A stretch of DNA of 64,000 bases from an uncultured Verrucomicrobiae bacterium (GCA_963719495.1 CAVRCI010000011.1:96001-160000), one strand, 5' to 3'; positions 49,337-58,134 are shown, counted from the stretch's first letter. Numbers and translations are program-made. Notes: generated by a model not told the origin, from the sequence alone.

Positions 49337-50065
49337 ATGAAAACACCTCATCCCTTCCCAAGATTTTCCCGTTTGGGAGCCATCCTTGCCCTGACCGCCG
49401 CGGCGCATCTGCCAGCCGAAGTGCTCGTTGGCTGGAACCCGCAGGGGTTCATCTACGTCGGACCCGACCGAGCCGCCGCTCCCGACCCGTGGTTCGAAGC
49501 GCGTCTCGATCGGGATGGGCATCCGGTAGGCGTGGTTCACGTGGCCGATCACGTGAAGCTCGTGGAGGGGCTCACACGAGGAAGTGCGTGGCGGGCCGGT
49601 GCCCTGAACCACGGCTGGGGTGGCCGGATGAACCCGGCGGCGACCTACGATCAGGAAGAAGCGGCGGATACCGGAACCTGGATTCAATTTAAAATCGCTC
49701 CGGATGACGGCTGCGAGTTGTCGCTCGAGTCCCTCTCGGCGAACGTGCGGCTACCTCCCGTGGGGGCTGAATATTTTTACCGTTGGCAATATGCGGTCGG
49801 CACCGGGAAATTCGAGGACATCGGGGACGTGGTGGAGGGAACTTACGGATCGGTCGCGCGGCCCGGTGACGACGGATTTGCGCTGCCGGTTGTCGAGCTG
49901 TCGGGGGTCGAGGCTCTACAGGGTCTCGCGGAACCGGTGACATTGCGCATTCTCGTGTGGATGGCCCCCGATTACCTGCCTGAGGCTGACTTCGCCTGGA
50001 TTTTTGGCCGGACGTCGGGCGATGACCTAACGTTGCGGGGGAGCGTGACGCGGGTGTCCCGGTGA
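49337..50065 (+). CDS. Secreted hypothetical protein
   Basis: Signal peptide; beta-rich (QFKIAP...LSLESL) pattern. Confidence 0.7.
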   Translation: MKTPHPFPRFSRLGAILALTAAAHLPAEVLVGWNPQGFIYVGPDRAAAPDPWFEARLDRDGHPVGVVHVADHVKLVEGLTRGSAWRAGALNHGWGGRMNPAATYDQEEAADTGTWIQFKIAPDDGCELSLESLSANVRLPPVGAEYFYRWQYAVGTGKFEDIGDVVEGTYGSVARPGDDGFALPVVELSGVEALQGLAEPVTLRILVWMAPDYLPEADFAWIFGRTSGDDLTLRGSVTRVSR

Positions 50066-50309
50066 CGTTCTTGACCGAGGCCGTCGGGCTTGGACGCCGC
50101 TTGGCTTTTGCGATAGTTCCCTTGAGAACGCAGGCCTGACGGGCGGGGGTGACGATCATCGAAGCGACGGCGCGGGCGGAGCGAGGGGGTGGATGGGCGG
50201 CGGTCCGGGATACCGGGTCGGCGGGGCTGAGCCGAGGGTGAACGCGTTGGCTCGGGTGGGGCCGAGCTAATCAACGGGACGGGCGATCCGTCTCGGGTAG
50301 GCTCATCTC

Positions 50310-51455
50310 ATGATGTCTTTTCGAATCTGCACGGTTTTGGCCGCAACTATTTTCACGATGCCAGTCGTTTCGGCGGAATTTCCGGTTGGGTTGCATCGGT
50401 CGAACCTTCCTTGGCACGAGGATGGGGATCTGGGGGCGGCGGAGGAGTTGATCGACGAGATGGCGGCGGCGGGGGCGGCGTTCATTCGGTTGTCGGTGAA
50501 CAATCGGAAGGAATTCGACCTGGTCGCGGCGCACATCAAAATGTGCGAGGCGAAGGGGATGCGGACGGTGCTGCTGCTTTCGATCACGGGGGAGCCGCTG
50601 ATTTATCCGGATGGGGCGGAGCGGCGTGCGGGGCGCGAGCCGCTTTGGCCTTCGTATCTGCACTCGCAGATCGATCCGGAGAAGTTTCGCGAATGGACGA
50701 CGGATCTTTGTGAATTTCTTAAGAAGGAGAACGCGATTCCGGGAGCGCTTCAGGTGGGCAACGAGGTGAATTGGGCGGGGTTCAACGGGGACTTCGAAAT
50801 TCTTCTTTCGGGGGAGGGTCATGGATTCGACGGGAATTCGAAGTGGGACGATCTGCCGGAACCGGTGCGGATGGGGGCTCGGAAGTGCGGGCAGATCGCG
50901 GTGATCGCGAAGGAGGCGGTGGACGCGGTGTTCGCGGACGGGCGGAAGCCGGAGGTGATTTTTGGGGCGCTGAACAAACCGGAGGACGATGGTTGGCTGG
51001 CGCGGAGTGGCGGGACTTACCTCGTGCCGGAGGTTTATCTGGAGATCGCGGCGGGGACGCTTCCGGGGATGCCGGAGACGGAGAAGGAGAACTATCTGGA
51101 GAAGCTGGATGGGATCTCGGTTCACTTTTATCCGAAGATCAACCGGACGAATCTGCGGCAGGGCAAGCAGTTCAGTCGCGAGTATCTGCGGGATTTCATG
51201 GGGCCGGTGAGCAAGGTGACGAAGCTGCCGATCTACGTGTCGGAATTCGGCTTCCCGAAGGAGTATTTCGACAGTGAAGAGGATCGGGCGGAGGCGTTCG
51301 AGGACTTTTTGGGGGCGATGCGATCGAGCGACTATCCGTGGCGGGCGGTGGCGGTTTTCAGTTGGGACCAGATGGTGCACGCGATCCGCGATCCGGCGAC
51401 GGGGACGGCGGATGATTTGTTCATTGAGGCGCTCGGGTGGAAGCGGGGGGAGTGA
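50310..51455 (+). CDS. Secreted clan GH-A-like glycoside hydrolase
   Basis: QVGNEVN acid/base motif, ISVHFY, LPIYVSEFGFP nucleophile motif. Confidence 0.7.
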   Translation: MMSFRICTVLAATIFTMPVVSAEFPVGLHRSNLPWHEDGDLGAAEELIDEMAAAGAAFIRLSVNNRKEFDLVAAHIKMCEAKGMRTVLLLSITGEPLIYPDGAERRAGREPLWPSYLHSQIDPEKFREWTTDLCEFLKKENAIPGALQVGNEVNWAGFNGDFEILLSGEGHGFDGNSKWDDLPEPVRMGARKCGQIAVIAKEAVDAVFADGRKPEVIFGALNKPEDDGWLARSGGTYLVPEVYLEIAAGTLPGMPETEKENYLEKLDGISVHFYPKINRTNLRQGKQFSREYLRDFMGPVSKVTKLPIYVSEFGFPKEYFDSEEDRAEAFEDFLGAMRSSDYPWRAVAVFSWDQMVHAIRDPATGTADDLFIEALGWKRGE

Positions 51456-51456
51456 C

Positions 51457-51595
51457 GGCTTCGCCGTTAGGGTTGGTGCGGTCCGGCGGCTGCCGGACCG
51501 CTCCTTGAAACTTCGGCTCTCTCGCTTTGCTCGACTTGCCTCGCGTGACGCGGCGGGACGCCGCATCTCGCACGCGGGGACGCGTGCGTTCCCCA
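51457..51595 (+). repeat. Modular REP-like element (family B), copy 3
   Basis: Shared modules with 2629-2762 and 12499-12659; different central hairpin. Confidence 0.85.
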
Positions 51596-51596
51596 T

Positions 51597-52757
51597 CTAT
51601 TCCAGGAGTTGGGCGCAGACTTTTTTGGCGTCGAGGTGGGTCTCGGCGAACTTTTTTGCGGCCTGGCAGTGGTGGTCGTAGTTCGTGGCGACTTCGGCGA
51701 TGGCTTTGGCGGCTTTTTCCATTGTGGTGAAGGCGAGGATGCCTTCGCCGGCGGGGAGGTGTGCCGTCCAGCCGGTGTCTTGGACGACGACGGGCTTGCC
51801 TAAGGCCAGGTAACAGGCGCTGCGGCAGCTGAACCAGCCGCTGTGGCTTTTGACGTAGCCGTTCTTGGCGATGCTCCACTCGGCTTTGCTGTTGGCTAGG
51901 AAATCGTGGTAGGTGGCGTAGTCGGGGAGGTGGACGTCGGGTTCGATGATCTCCCAGCCGGCGGCGCGGATCTCGTCGGTGGGGCGGCTGCGCCCGACGC
52001 CCTGGCCCATGGCGAGGACGAAGCGTTCGGTGGTGTGGCGGGGGAGGTCGAGGAAGCGGCGAAATTCGAGGTCCTTGTTGCCGTAGGTCTCACCGTCGAA
52101 TTCCTGGGGCGGGTAGCTGGCCCAGTTCATGACGGTGGTCCAGGCTTCGCGGGCGACGTGGGTCGCGGTGGGCGGGAGGAGGTTTTTCCGCCACCAGTCG
52201 ATGGCGATGGGTTGGACGGTGGGTTTCCAATCGAAGCCGGCGGTGGGAACTTTGCAGCCGGGCTGGCCGACGTTGAGGCCGAAGGTGAGGTGGTCGGTGT
52301 GGGCTCGGAGGTGGTCGATGTAGCCTTGGCGTTCCAGGTTGGTGAGGCCGATGTGGGTGAACATGGGGTCGCCGTCGACGAAGAGTTTGCGCGGGATGGC
52401 GGCGGTGCAGTCGCGGAGCCAGCAGGCACCGGAGACGTTGACGAGGACGTCGGCTTCGCGAATGACGCGCTCCGAGTCGTCGCCGGCGGGGCCGTGGTAG
52501 CGGCCGTCGGCTTCGTTGCGGTAGATCCACCGGTCGCCGAGGTCGAACTCGTGCATGACGCGTTCGAGGTAGTTGACGTTGTGGTGGCAGTCGGCGGACG
52601 GCTCCTGAGCGACGGGGTCGTAGGCCCAGGTGGCGGTGTCTTCGAGATACCAGACGTCGTGGCCGAGGTCGCGGAAGCCGAGGACGTATTGGACGTAGTC
52701 CCAGGTGACGCCGCCGAAGGCGTAGTTGCCGATGAGGCCGGTGACGAGGATGCGCAT
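51597..52757 (-). CDS. GT-B-like uncharacterised protein
   Basis: GFRDLGHDVWYLED, AKNGYV, GWFSCRSACYLALGKPVVVQDTG. Confidence 0.7.
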   Translation of the reverse strand: MRILVTGLIGNYAFGGVTWDYVQYVLGFRDLGHDVWYLEDTATWAYDPVAQEPSADCHHNVNYLERVMHEFDLGDRWIYRNEADGRYHGPAGDDSERVIREADVLVNVSGACWLRDCTAAIPRKLFVDGDPMFTHIGLTNLERQGYIDHLRAHTDHLTFGLNVGQPGCKVPTAGFDWKPTVQPIAIDWWRKNLLPPTATHVAREAWTTVMNWASYPPQEFDGETYGNKDLEFRRFLDLPRHTTERFVLAMGQGVGRSRPTDEIRAAGWEIIEPDVHLPDYATYHDFLANSKAEWSIAKNGYVKSHSGWFSCRSACYLALGKPVVVQDTGWTAHLPAGEGILAFTTMEKAAKAIAEVATNYDHHCQAAKKFAETHLDAKKVCAQLLE

Positions 52758-52872
52758 TTTGAGCTGGTGATTGGTGACTGGTGAATGGTGATTGGTGGAG
52801 GGCGGGCGGCTCTCTCGCTTCGCTCGATTTGCCGGGCGCTTTCAAGCTGGGAGGTTGTGCTACGGTGTGGCG

Positions 52873-54006
52873 ATGAAAATTGTCATCGGAGTGGGGATTG
52901 CGGCTCAGCCGATCTCGGCGATCGGGATCGCCTGGACGGCGTTGAATTGGCCGCTCGGATTTCGGGAGCTCGGGTGGGAGGTCTGGCTGGTCGAGGCGCT
53001 CGATTCGGCGAAATGTATCGATTCGGATTGGAATTCGGTGCCGTTTTCCGGGAGTGCGAACGAGGCGCATTGGGGGGCGATGATGGCGGCGTTTGGCTTC
53101 GAGGGTCGGTCGACTTTGTTGGTCGATGGGGAGGCGGGGAATTTGGAGGAGTTGCGGGCCTTCGCGGAGGAGGCGGACGTTTTTCTCAATTACTCGGGGC
53201 ATTTCCGGTCGGAGGCGGTGGAGTTTCCGCGGGCGGTGAAGGTGTATCTGGATGGGGATCCGGCTTTCTCGCAGACTTGGGTGGAGAGCTACGACTGCGA
53301 CATGAATTTTGCGGCTCACGACCGGTTCGTGACGGTGGGGACGACGTGGGGGGCGGCGGACCGGTTTGCGCCGGATTGCGGGATCGAATGGGTGCCGACG
53401 TTTCCGCCGGTGACTTTGCGATACTGGCCGTTCGAGCCGCTGGCGGAGTTCGGGCGGTTCACGACGATCGCGCACTGGGAGGGTTACAACAACGTGGAGT
53501 GGGGGGGGCGGTGGTTGACGGGGAAACGGGAGGAATTTCAGAGGTTCGTGGACGTTCCTCGGTTGGTCTCGGCTCCGATCGAGTTGGCGATGCACGTGGC
53601 GGATCACCGGCTGGAACTGGATCCGTTTCACGCGGCGGGGTGGCAATTTCGCGAGGCGCGTGAGGTTTGTTCTTCGCTGGACGCTTATGCGGACTACCTG
53701 CGGGGATCGTCGGCGGAGTTTTCGGTGGCTAAGGGGGGTTACGTAATTTCGCGGGCGGGGTGGTTCAGCGATCGGAGCGTGTGCTACGCGGCGCTGGGGC
53801 GGCCGCTGGTCTTGCAGGATACGGGGGCGAGCGCGGTGTTGCCGGAGGGGGAGGGGTATTTTGGATTCGTGACGCCGGATGGGGCAGTGGCGGCTTGTGA
53901 ACGGGTGGTGGGGGATTTTGCGAATCAGCAGCGGGCGGCGCGGCGGTTGGCGGAGGATTTTTTTGCGAGTGACGTGGTGTTGCCGAAGTTGTTGGCGCGG
54001 TTGTAG
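52873..54006 (+). CDS. GT-B-like uncharacterised protein (paralog of 51597-52757)
   Basis: GFRELGWEVWLVE, AKGGYV, GWFSDRSVCYAALGRPLVLQDTG. Confidence 0.7.
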   Translation: MKIVIGVGIAAQPISAIGIAWTALNWPLGFRELGWEVWLVEALDSAKCIDSDWNSVPFSGSANEAHWGAMMAAFGFEGRSTLLVDGEAGNLEELRAFAEEADVFLNYSGHFRSEAVEFPRAVKVYLDGDPAFSQTWVESYDCDMNFAAHDRFVTVGTTWGAADRFAPDCGIEWVPTFPPVTLRYWPFEPLAEFGRFTTIAHWEGYNNVEWGGRWLTGKREEFQRFVDVPRLVSAPIELAMHVADHRLELDPFHAAGWQFREAREVCSSLDAYADYLRGSSAEFSVAKGGYVISRAGWFSDRSVCYAALGRPLVLQDTGASAVLPEGEGYFGFVTPDGAVAACERVVGDFANQQRAARRLAEDFFASDVVLPKLLARL

Positions 54007-54014
54007 AGAAGCCA

Positions 54015-54039
54015 CGGCTCGGCGGGAGCCTCGCCCTCC
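54015..54039 (+). repeat. REP family A copy
   Basis: Exact 25-mer between convergent genes. Confidence 0.9.
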
Positions 54040-54049
54040 CGGGGGGCTT

Positions 54050-55366
54050 TTATCGTGGCTCTGCGGCCAGGATCTCGCCTTCGGACTGAGCTTTGCCTCG
54101 GTAGGTTTCGCGGAGGAAGGCGCAGGAGATGATGCCGAGGAGCGAGAGGGCGGGGAGGAGGATCATGGCGTTGCGGAAGTCGGCGGCGGAGAAATCTCCG
54201 CTGCTGATGGCGGCCGGGGATTGGGCGAAGTGGTCGAGGAGGACGCCGACGAGGGGTTGGAGGAGGCCGCCGAGGAGCATGACGATCATGTTCACGCAGG
54301 CAATCGAGGTCGCGGCGGCGGGTAGGGGATTTGCCTCGAGGCCGGCGGCGAATCCGACGACCTGGACGCTGGAGGCGAGGCCGATCGCGAAGAGGAGGAT
54401 GATCATGCCGGGGATCGTGGTGGGTGGGGCGAGGACGAGGAAGATGGTGGTGAGGAGGGTGAGGGCTGCGGATCCGGCGAGCATGGATTTGCGGCGGCCG
54501 AGGCGGTCGGAGAGCCAGCCGGCTGCGGGGCCACCGATGAGCCACCCGACGTAGAGGACGGAGATGACGCGGGAGGCGTCGACGACGCTGATGCCCGAGA
54601 CGGCGGTGAGATAAGGGACGCCCCAGAGACCGCCGAAGACGGAGAGTGGGAGGTAGAGGCAGGACGCGACGAAGCCAATGATCCAGGTCTGGGGATTGAA
54701 GAGGACGGCTCGCAGGTGGCCGAACATGCGGGTGAAGGCGGCGGATTTTTCCCGCGGGACTCTGGGTTTCGGATGGGGGTCGGCGGGTGGCTTGGGGAGC
54801 AGGAAGAAGATGGCGGCGGCCACGACCAGGCCGAACAGCGCGGCGTCGCGCAGAGATGCCTGCCAGCCGACGGAGGCGACGAATTGCGCGACGGCGGCGT
54901 TGCCGATGATGGCGCCGACCATGCCGAGGGCGGTCGTCAGGCCCGAGATGAGGGCCATTCGCTGGGGTGGAAACCACTGGGCGGCGGCGTGCATGGCCCC
55001 GACGAACGCGAAGGCCGAGCCGCTACCCTGGAGGAGGCGGGCGGCGAGCAGGACGCCGCCGGAGCCGCCGAGGACTTCAAGAAAGCACCCGGCGACGCAG
55101 AGTAGAATGGCGGGAATGAGGACGCGGCGGGTGCCGAATTCGTCGAGGAATCCGCCGACGACGAGTTGGAGTGGCGCGTAGATGTAGTAGTAGGCCCCGA
55201 GGGCGGCTCCGAGTCCGGCGGCGCTGAGGTGAAAGGATTTCTGCAGCTCCGGCTCCATGACGGAGGGAGCGACGCGGATGAGAAATTCGTAGAGGTAAAA
55301 GAGCGAGACGACTCCCCACGCGATCCAGCCGACGAGCGGGGTGCGAGTTTTTTCCCGAGCTTTCAT
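54050..55366 (-). CDS. MFS transporter
   Basis: 12 TMs; GGFLDEFGTRR and GWLSDRLGRRK motif-A copies. Confidence 0.92.
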   Translation of the reverse strand: MKAREKTRTPLVGWIAWGVVSLFYLYEFLIRVAPSVMEPELQKSFHLSAAGLGAALGAYYYIYAPLQLVVGGFLDEFGTRRVLIPAILLCVAGCFLEVLGGSGGVLLAARLLQGSGSAFAFVGAMHAAAQWFPPQRMALISGLTTALGMVGAIIGNAAVAQFVASVGWQASLRDAALFGLVVAAAIFFLLPKPPADPHPKPRVPREKSAAFTRMFGHLRAVLFNPQTWIIGFVASCLYLPLSVFGGLWGVPYLTAVSGISVVDASRVISVLYVGWLIGGPAAGWLSDRLGRRKSMLAGSAALTLLTTIFLVLAPPTTIPGMIILLFAIGLASSVQVVGFAAGLEANPLPAAATSIACVNMIVMLLGGLLQPLVGVLLDHFAQSPAAISSGDFSAADFRNAMILLPALSLLGIISCAFLRETYRGKAQSEGEILAAEPR

Positions 55367-55430
55367 GATGACGTGAGGGGCTTGCAGGTTGCGGGCCAGA
55401 AATCGAGATCGGCGATTCTGCCGACGAAGA

Positions 55431-55476
55431 CCATCACCGATAAAACGTAACGGCCGTTACGTTTTATCGGTGATGG
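55431..55476. other. Perfect 46-bp palindrome
   Basis: CCATCACCGATAAAACGTAACGG|CCGTTACGTTTTATCGGTGATGG is exactly self-reverse-complementary. Confidence 0.95.
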
Positions 55477-55573
55477 CGCAAATGGTTTGTGGGTAATTGG
55501 TGTGGGTGATTGGAGCGACGATGGGCGGTTGCGTTGGGACGATTGAGGGCTGGCGCGTATGGTGGTGGGCTGA

Positions 55574-55657
55574 GTGTGAGGTTGGGCGTGAGGTTGGGCG
55601 CGAGGTTGGGTGTGAGGTTGGGTGTGAGGTTGGGTGTGAGGTTGGGTGTGAGGTTGG
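55574..55657 (+). repeat. 12-bp tandem repeat x7 (GYGYGAGGTTGG)
   Basis: Seven consecutive units upstream of bioB. Confidence 0.95.
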
Positions 55658-55693
55658 GATTGCGGAATTTGGGTGGGGGTTTAGAAATTCCGG

Positions 55694-56671
55694 ATGGCGA
55701 CGTTTGCTGCATTGAAGGAGATCTATGACCGACCGTTTTTCGATTTGATCGAGGCGGCGCGGGGGGTTCATCGGGCCAATTGGCCGGAACGGGAGATGCA
55801 GCTTTGCACTTTGTTGAGCGTGAAGACGGGGGGGTGCTCGGAGGATTGCAAATATTGCGCTCAGAGTGCGCGGTATCAGACTGGGGTGGAGCGGGAGCAG
55901 CTGATGACGGCGGCGGAGGTGATGCCGATCGCGGAGCAGGCTCGGGCGAATGGGTCGACGCGGTTCTGCATGGGGGCGGCGTGGAAAGGGGTGCGCGCGG
56001 GGGATCCGCGGTTCGAAACCGTCCTCGAGACGATTCGCGAGGTGAGCAAGCTGGGGATGGAGGTGTGCGTGACGCTGGGTCAGGTCGGGGACGCGGAGGC
56101 GGAGCAGCTGCGTGACGCGGGCGTGACGGCTTACAATCACAACATCGACACGTCGCCGGAGCATTACGGCAACATCGTGACGACGCACTCGTTTCAGGAT
56201 CGCCTCGATACGATCGGATCGGTGCAGCGGGCGGGGATGGCGGTTTGTTGCGGCGGGATTCTGGGGATGGGGGAGTCGGAGAAGGACCGGCTGCGGATGC
56301 TGGAGGTGCTGTCGAATTTCGATCCGGTGCCGGAGAGCGTGCCGATCAATTGCCTGATGCCGATGCCGGGGACGCCGCTTGAGGACGCGGTGCCGATCGA
56401 TCCGTTCGAGTTGGTGCGGCTGATCGCGACGGCGCGAATGACTTTGCCAAAGGCGAAAATTCGGCTTTCCGCGGGGCGGACCATTCTGTCGCGGGAGGCG
56501 CAAGCGTTGTGCTTCTTCGCGGGGGCGAACTCGGTTTTTTACGGCGAGAAACTGCTCACGGCGGGGAATCCGGAGGTGAACGAGGATCTGGATCTGATGC
56601 GGGAGTTGGGGCTCGAGGCGCAGCGGCCTTTCAGTGATGTGGCGCGACCGAGGCTGGCCGTGGGGGCCTAA
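55694..56671 (+). CDS. bioB: Biotin synthase (radical SAM)
   Basis: KTGGCSEDCKYCAQS, RFCMGAAW, YNHNIDTS, CCGGILGMGE, PESVPIN, RLSAGR, AGANS..YGEKLLT. Confidence 0.97.
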   Translation: MATFAALKEIYDRPFFDLIEAARGVHRANWPEREMQLCTLLSVKTGGCSEDCKYCAQSARYQTGVEREQLMTAAEVMPIAEQARANGSTRFCMGAAWKGVRAGDPRFETVLETIREVSKLGMEVCVTLGQVGDAEAEQLRDAGVTAYNHNIDTSPEHYGNIVTTHSFQDRLDTIGSVQRAGMAVCCGGILGMGESEKDRLRMLEVLSNFDPVPESVPINCLMPMPGTPLEDAVPIDPFELVRLIATARMTLPKAKIRLSAGRTILSREAQALCFFAGANSVFYGEKLLTAGNPEVNEDLDLMRELGLEAQRPFSDVARPRLAVGA

Positions 56672-56712
56672 TTTACTTTGATGTCACGAGCGTTTGGTTG
56701 CAGTTTACGGAC

Positions 56713-56937
56713 ATGACGGTTGAGCGGGTGAAAGATGCGATCGAGTCGAATGACCCGTTCGAGATTCGGATGGCAGACGGGCAGTCCTACTTGGTGCCAC
56801 ACCGGGATTTTATCTCATTCACGCGAAAACAGACGACGGTGATCGTAAGCGGAGAGGATGATCGGTCGCACTTTCTGCCGTTGTTGACGATGACGGGGAT
56901 TTCGCGTCCGACGCGCGATGAATCAATCGCAGCTTAG
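56713..56937 (+). CDS. Small hypothetical protein
   Basis: 74 aa; PFEIRMADGQSYLVPHRD; fills the bioB-rpiB gap. Confidence 0.65.
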   Translation: MTVERVKDAIESNDPFEIRMADGQSYLVPHRDFISFTRKQTTVIVSGEDDRSHFLPLLTMTGISRPTRDESIAA

Positions 56938-56945
56938 GGCGCAAG

Positions 56946-57407
56946 ATGAAAATTTCCATTGGATCGGATCACGCGGGGTTTGCCTACAAGCGGCGGATCA
57001 TCGAGCACTTGAGGGCGGCTGGGCACGAGGTGCTGGATTGTGGGACGGATTCGGCGGAGGCGACGGATTATCCGTTGTTCATCATTCCGGCGGCCGAGGC
57101 GGTGGTGCGCGGTGACGCGGATCGCGGGATCGTGCTGGGGGGCTCCGGGAACGGGGAGGCGATCGCGGCGAACAAGGTGAAGGGGGTGCGGTGCGCGCTT
57201 TGCTGGAACTCGCAGACGGCGGAATTTTCACGCATGCACAATGACGCGAATGTTTTGTCGATCGGGCAGCGGATGACGTCGATCGAGATCGCGTTGGACA
57301 TCGTGGACATCTGGTTGCGGACGGAATTTCAGGGCGGTCGGCATCAGGGGCGGATCGACGAGTTTGCGCGGTATGAGGTGACGGGGGAGTTGCGGCGGTC
57401 GTCGTGA
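56946..57407 (+). CDS. rpiB: Ribose-5-phosphate isomerase B
   Basis: IGSDHAG, DYP, GGSGNG, ANKVKGVR, HNDAN, GGRH. Confidence 0.93.
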   Translation: MKISIGSDHAGFAYKRRIIEHLRAAGHEVLDCGTDSAEATDYPLFIIPAAEAVVRGDADRGIVLGGSGNGEAIAANKVKGVRCALCWNSQTAEFSRMHNDANVLSIGQRMTSIEIALDIVDIWLRTEFQGGRHQGRIDEFARYEVTGELRRSS

Positions 57408-57436
57408 GGCGCCGGGAGCCGCTGGGCTTTTCTTTC

Positions 57437-57545
57437 GGAGGGCGGGGCTCCCGCCGAGCCGTGGCTTTGTGGGCGTGGCGGCCGTTTTGAGAATGATCGG
57501 GAGGTTTGGGTGATTGATCACGGCTCGGCAGGAGCCTCGCCCTCC
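57437..57545. repeat. REP family A inverted doublet (REPIN-like), left of RAYT
   Basis: Reverse copy 57437-57461 and forward copy 57521-57545. Confidence 0.9.
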
Positions 57546-57548
57546 GGT

Positions 57549-58004
57549 TTGGACGATGTCGGCCGCAGGCGGCCGGTGCACCTGGCGTCTATCGAGCGGT
57601 GCAATACGCCGATCATTGTGTTTTTGACGGTTTGCACGAAGGGGCGGCAGCGGGTGCTGACTACGCCGGAAATGCACGGGGTGCTTCGCAAGGCTTGGGT
57701 GGCTGCCGGGGAGTGGCGGGTGGGGAAATACGTGATTTTGCCGGAGCATCTTCACTTGTTTTGCGGGCCGGGGGTGGCGGGGTTGAACGATCCGACTCGG
57801 TGGGTGCGCTACTGGAAGTCGTTGGTGACGCGGGAGCTGGGTGAATCGATTTGGCAGAGTGGGCATTGGGATACGCAGTTGCGGCGGAGCGAAAGCTATT
57901 CGGCGAAGTGGGAATACGCGCGGTCGAATCCGGTGCGGCATGGGTTGGTGGAGCGGGCCGAGGATTGGACGTTTCAAGGGGAGGTCGCGGAGTTGCGGTG
58001 GTGA
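57549..58004 (+). mobile_element. REP-associated tyrosine (HUH) transposase, RAYT
   Basis: FLTVCT, LPEHLH (HUH), IWQ..HWD..LR, Y..SNPVRHGL...DW; REP doublets on both sides; start TTG 57549 or GTG 57510. Confidence 0.9.
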
Positions 58005-58030
58005 TTCTTCCCGAAGGGAATCCATAACCC

Positions 58031-58134
58031 GGAGGGCGAAGCTCCCGCTGAGCCGTGGTTGAATGGATTCGGCGTCCTGGGAACGTTTGCAGCGTTGGGG
58101 TGAAGATCACGGCTCGGCGGGAGCCTCGCCCTCC
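58031..58134. repeat. REP family A inverted doublet (REPIN-like), right of RAYT
   Basis: Reverse copy 58031-58055 and forward copy 58110-58134. Confidence 0.9.

Noticed and set aside
50066..50309. Possible ncRNA or att site at the island's right edge
   Set aside because: Only weak GC-rich stems; no match to the left edge and no recognisable RNA family
55367..55693. BirA operator or riboswitch upstream of bioB
   Set aside because: No TGTAAAC-N-GTTTACA-like site or recognisable riboswitch consensus
57549..58004. IS200/IS605 insertion sequence
   Set aside because: No tnpB; C-terminal NPV..GL..DW motif and REP doublets indicate RAYT
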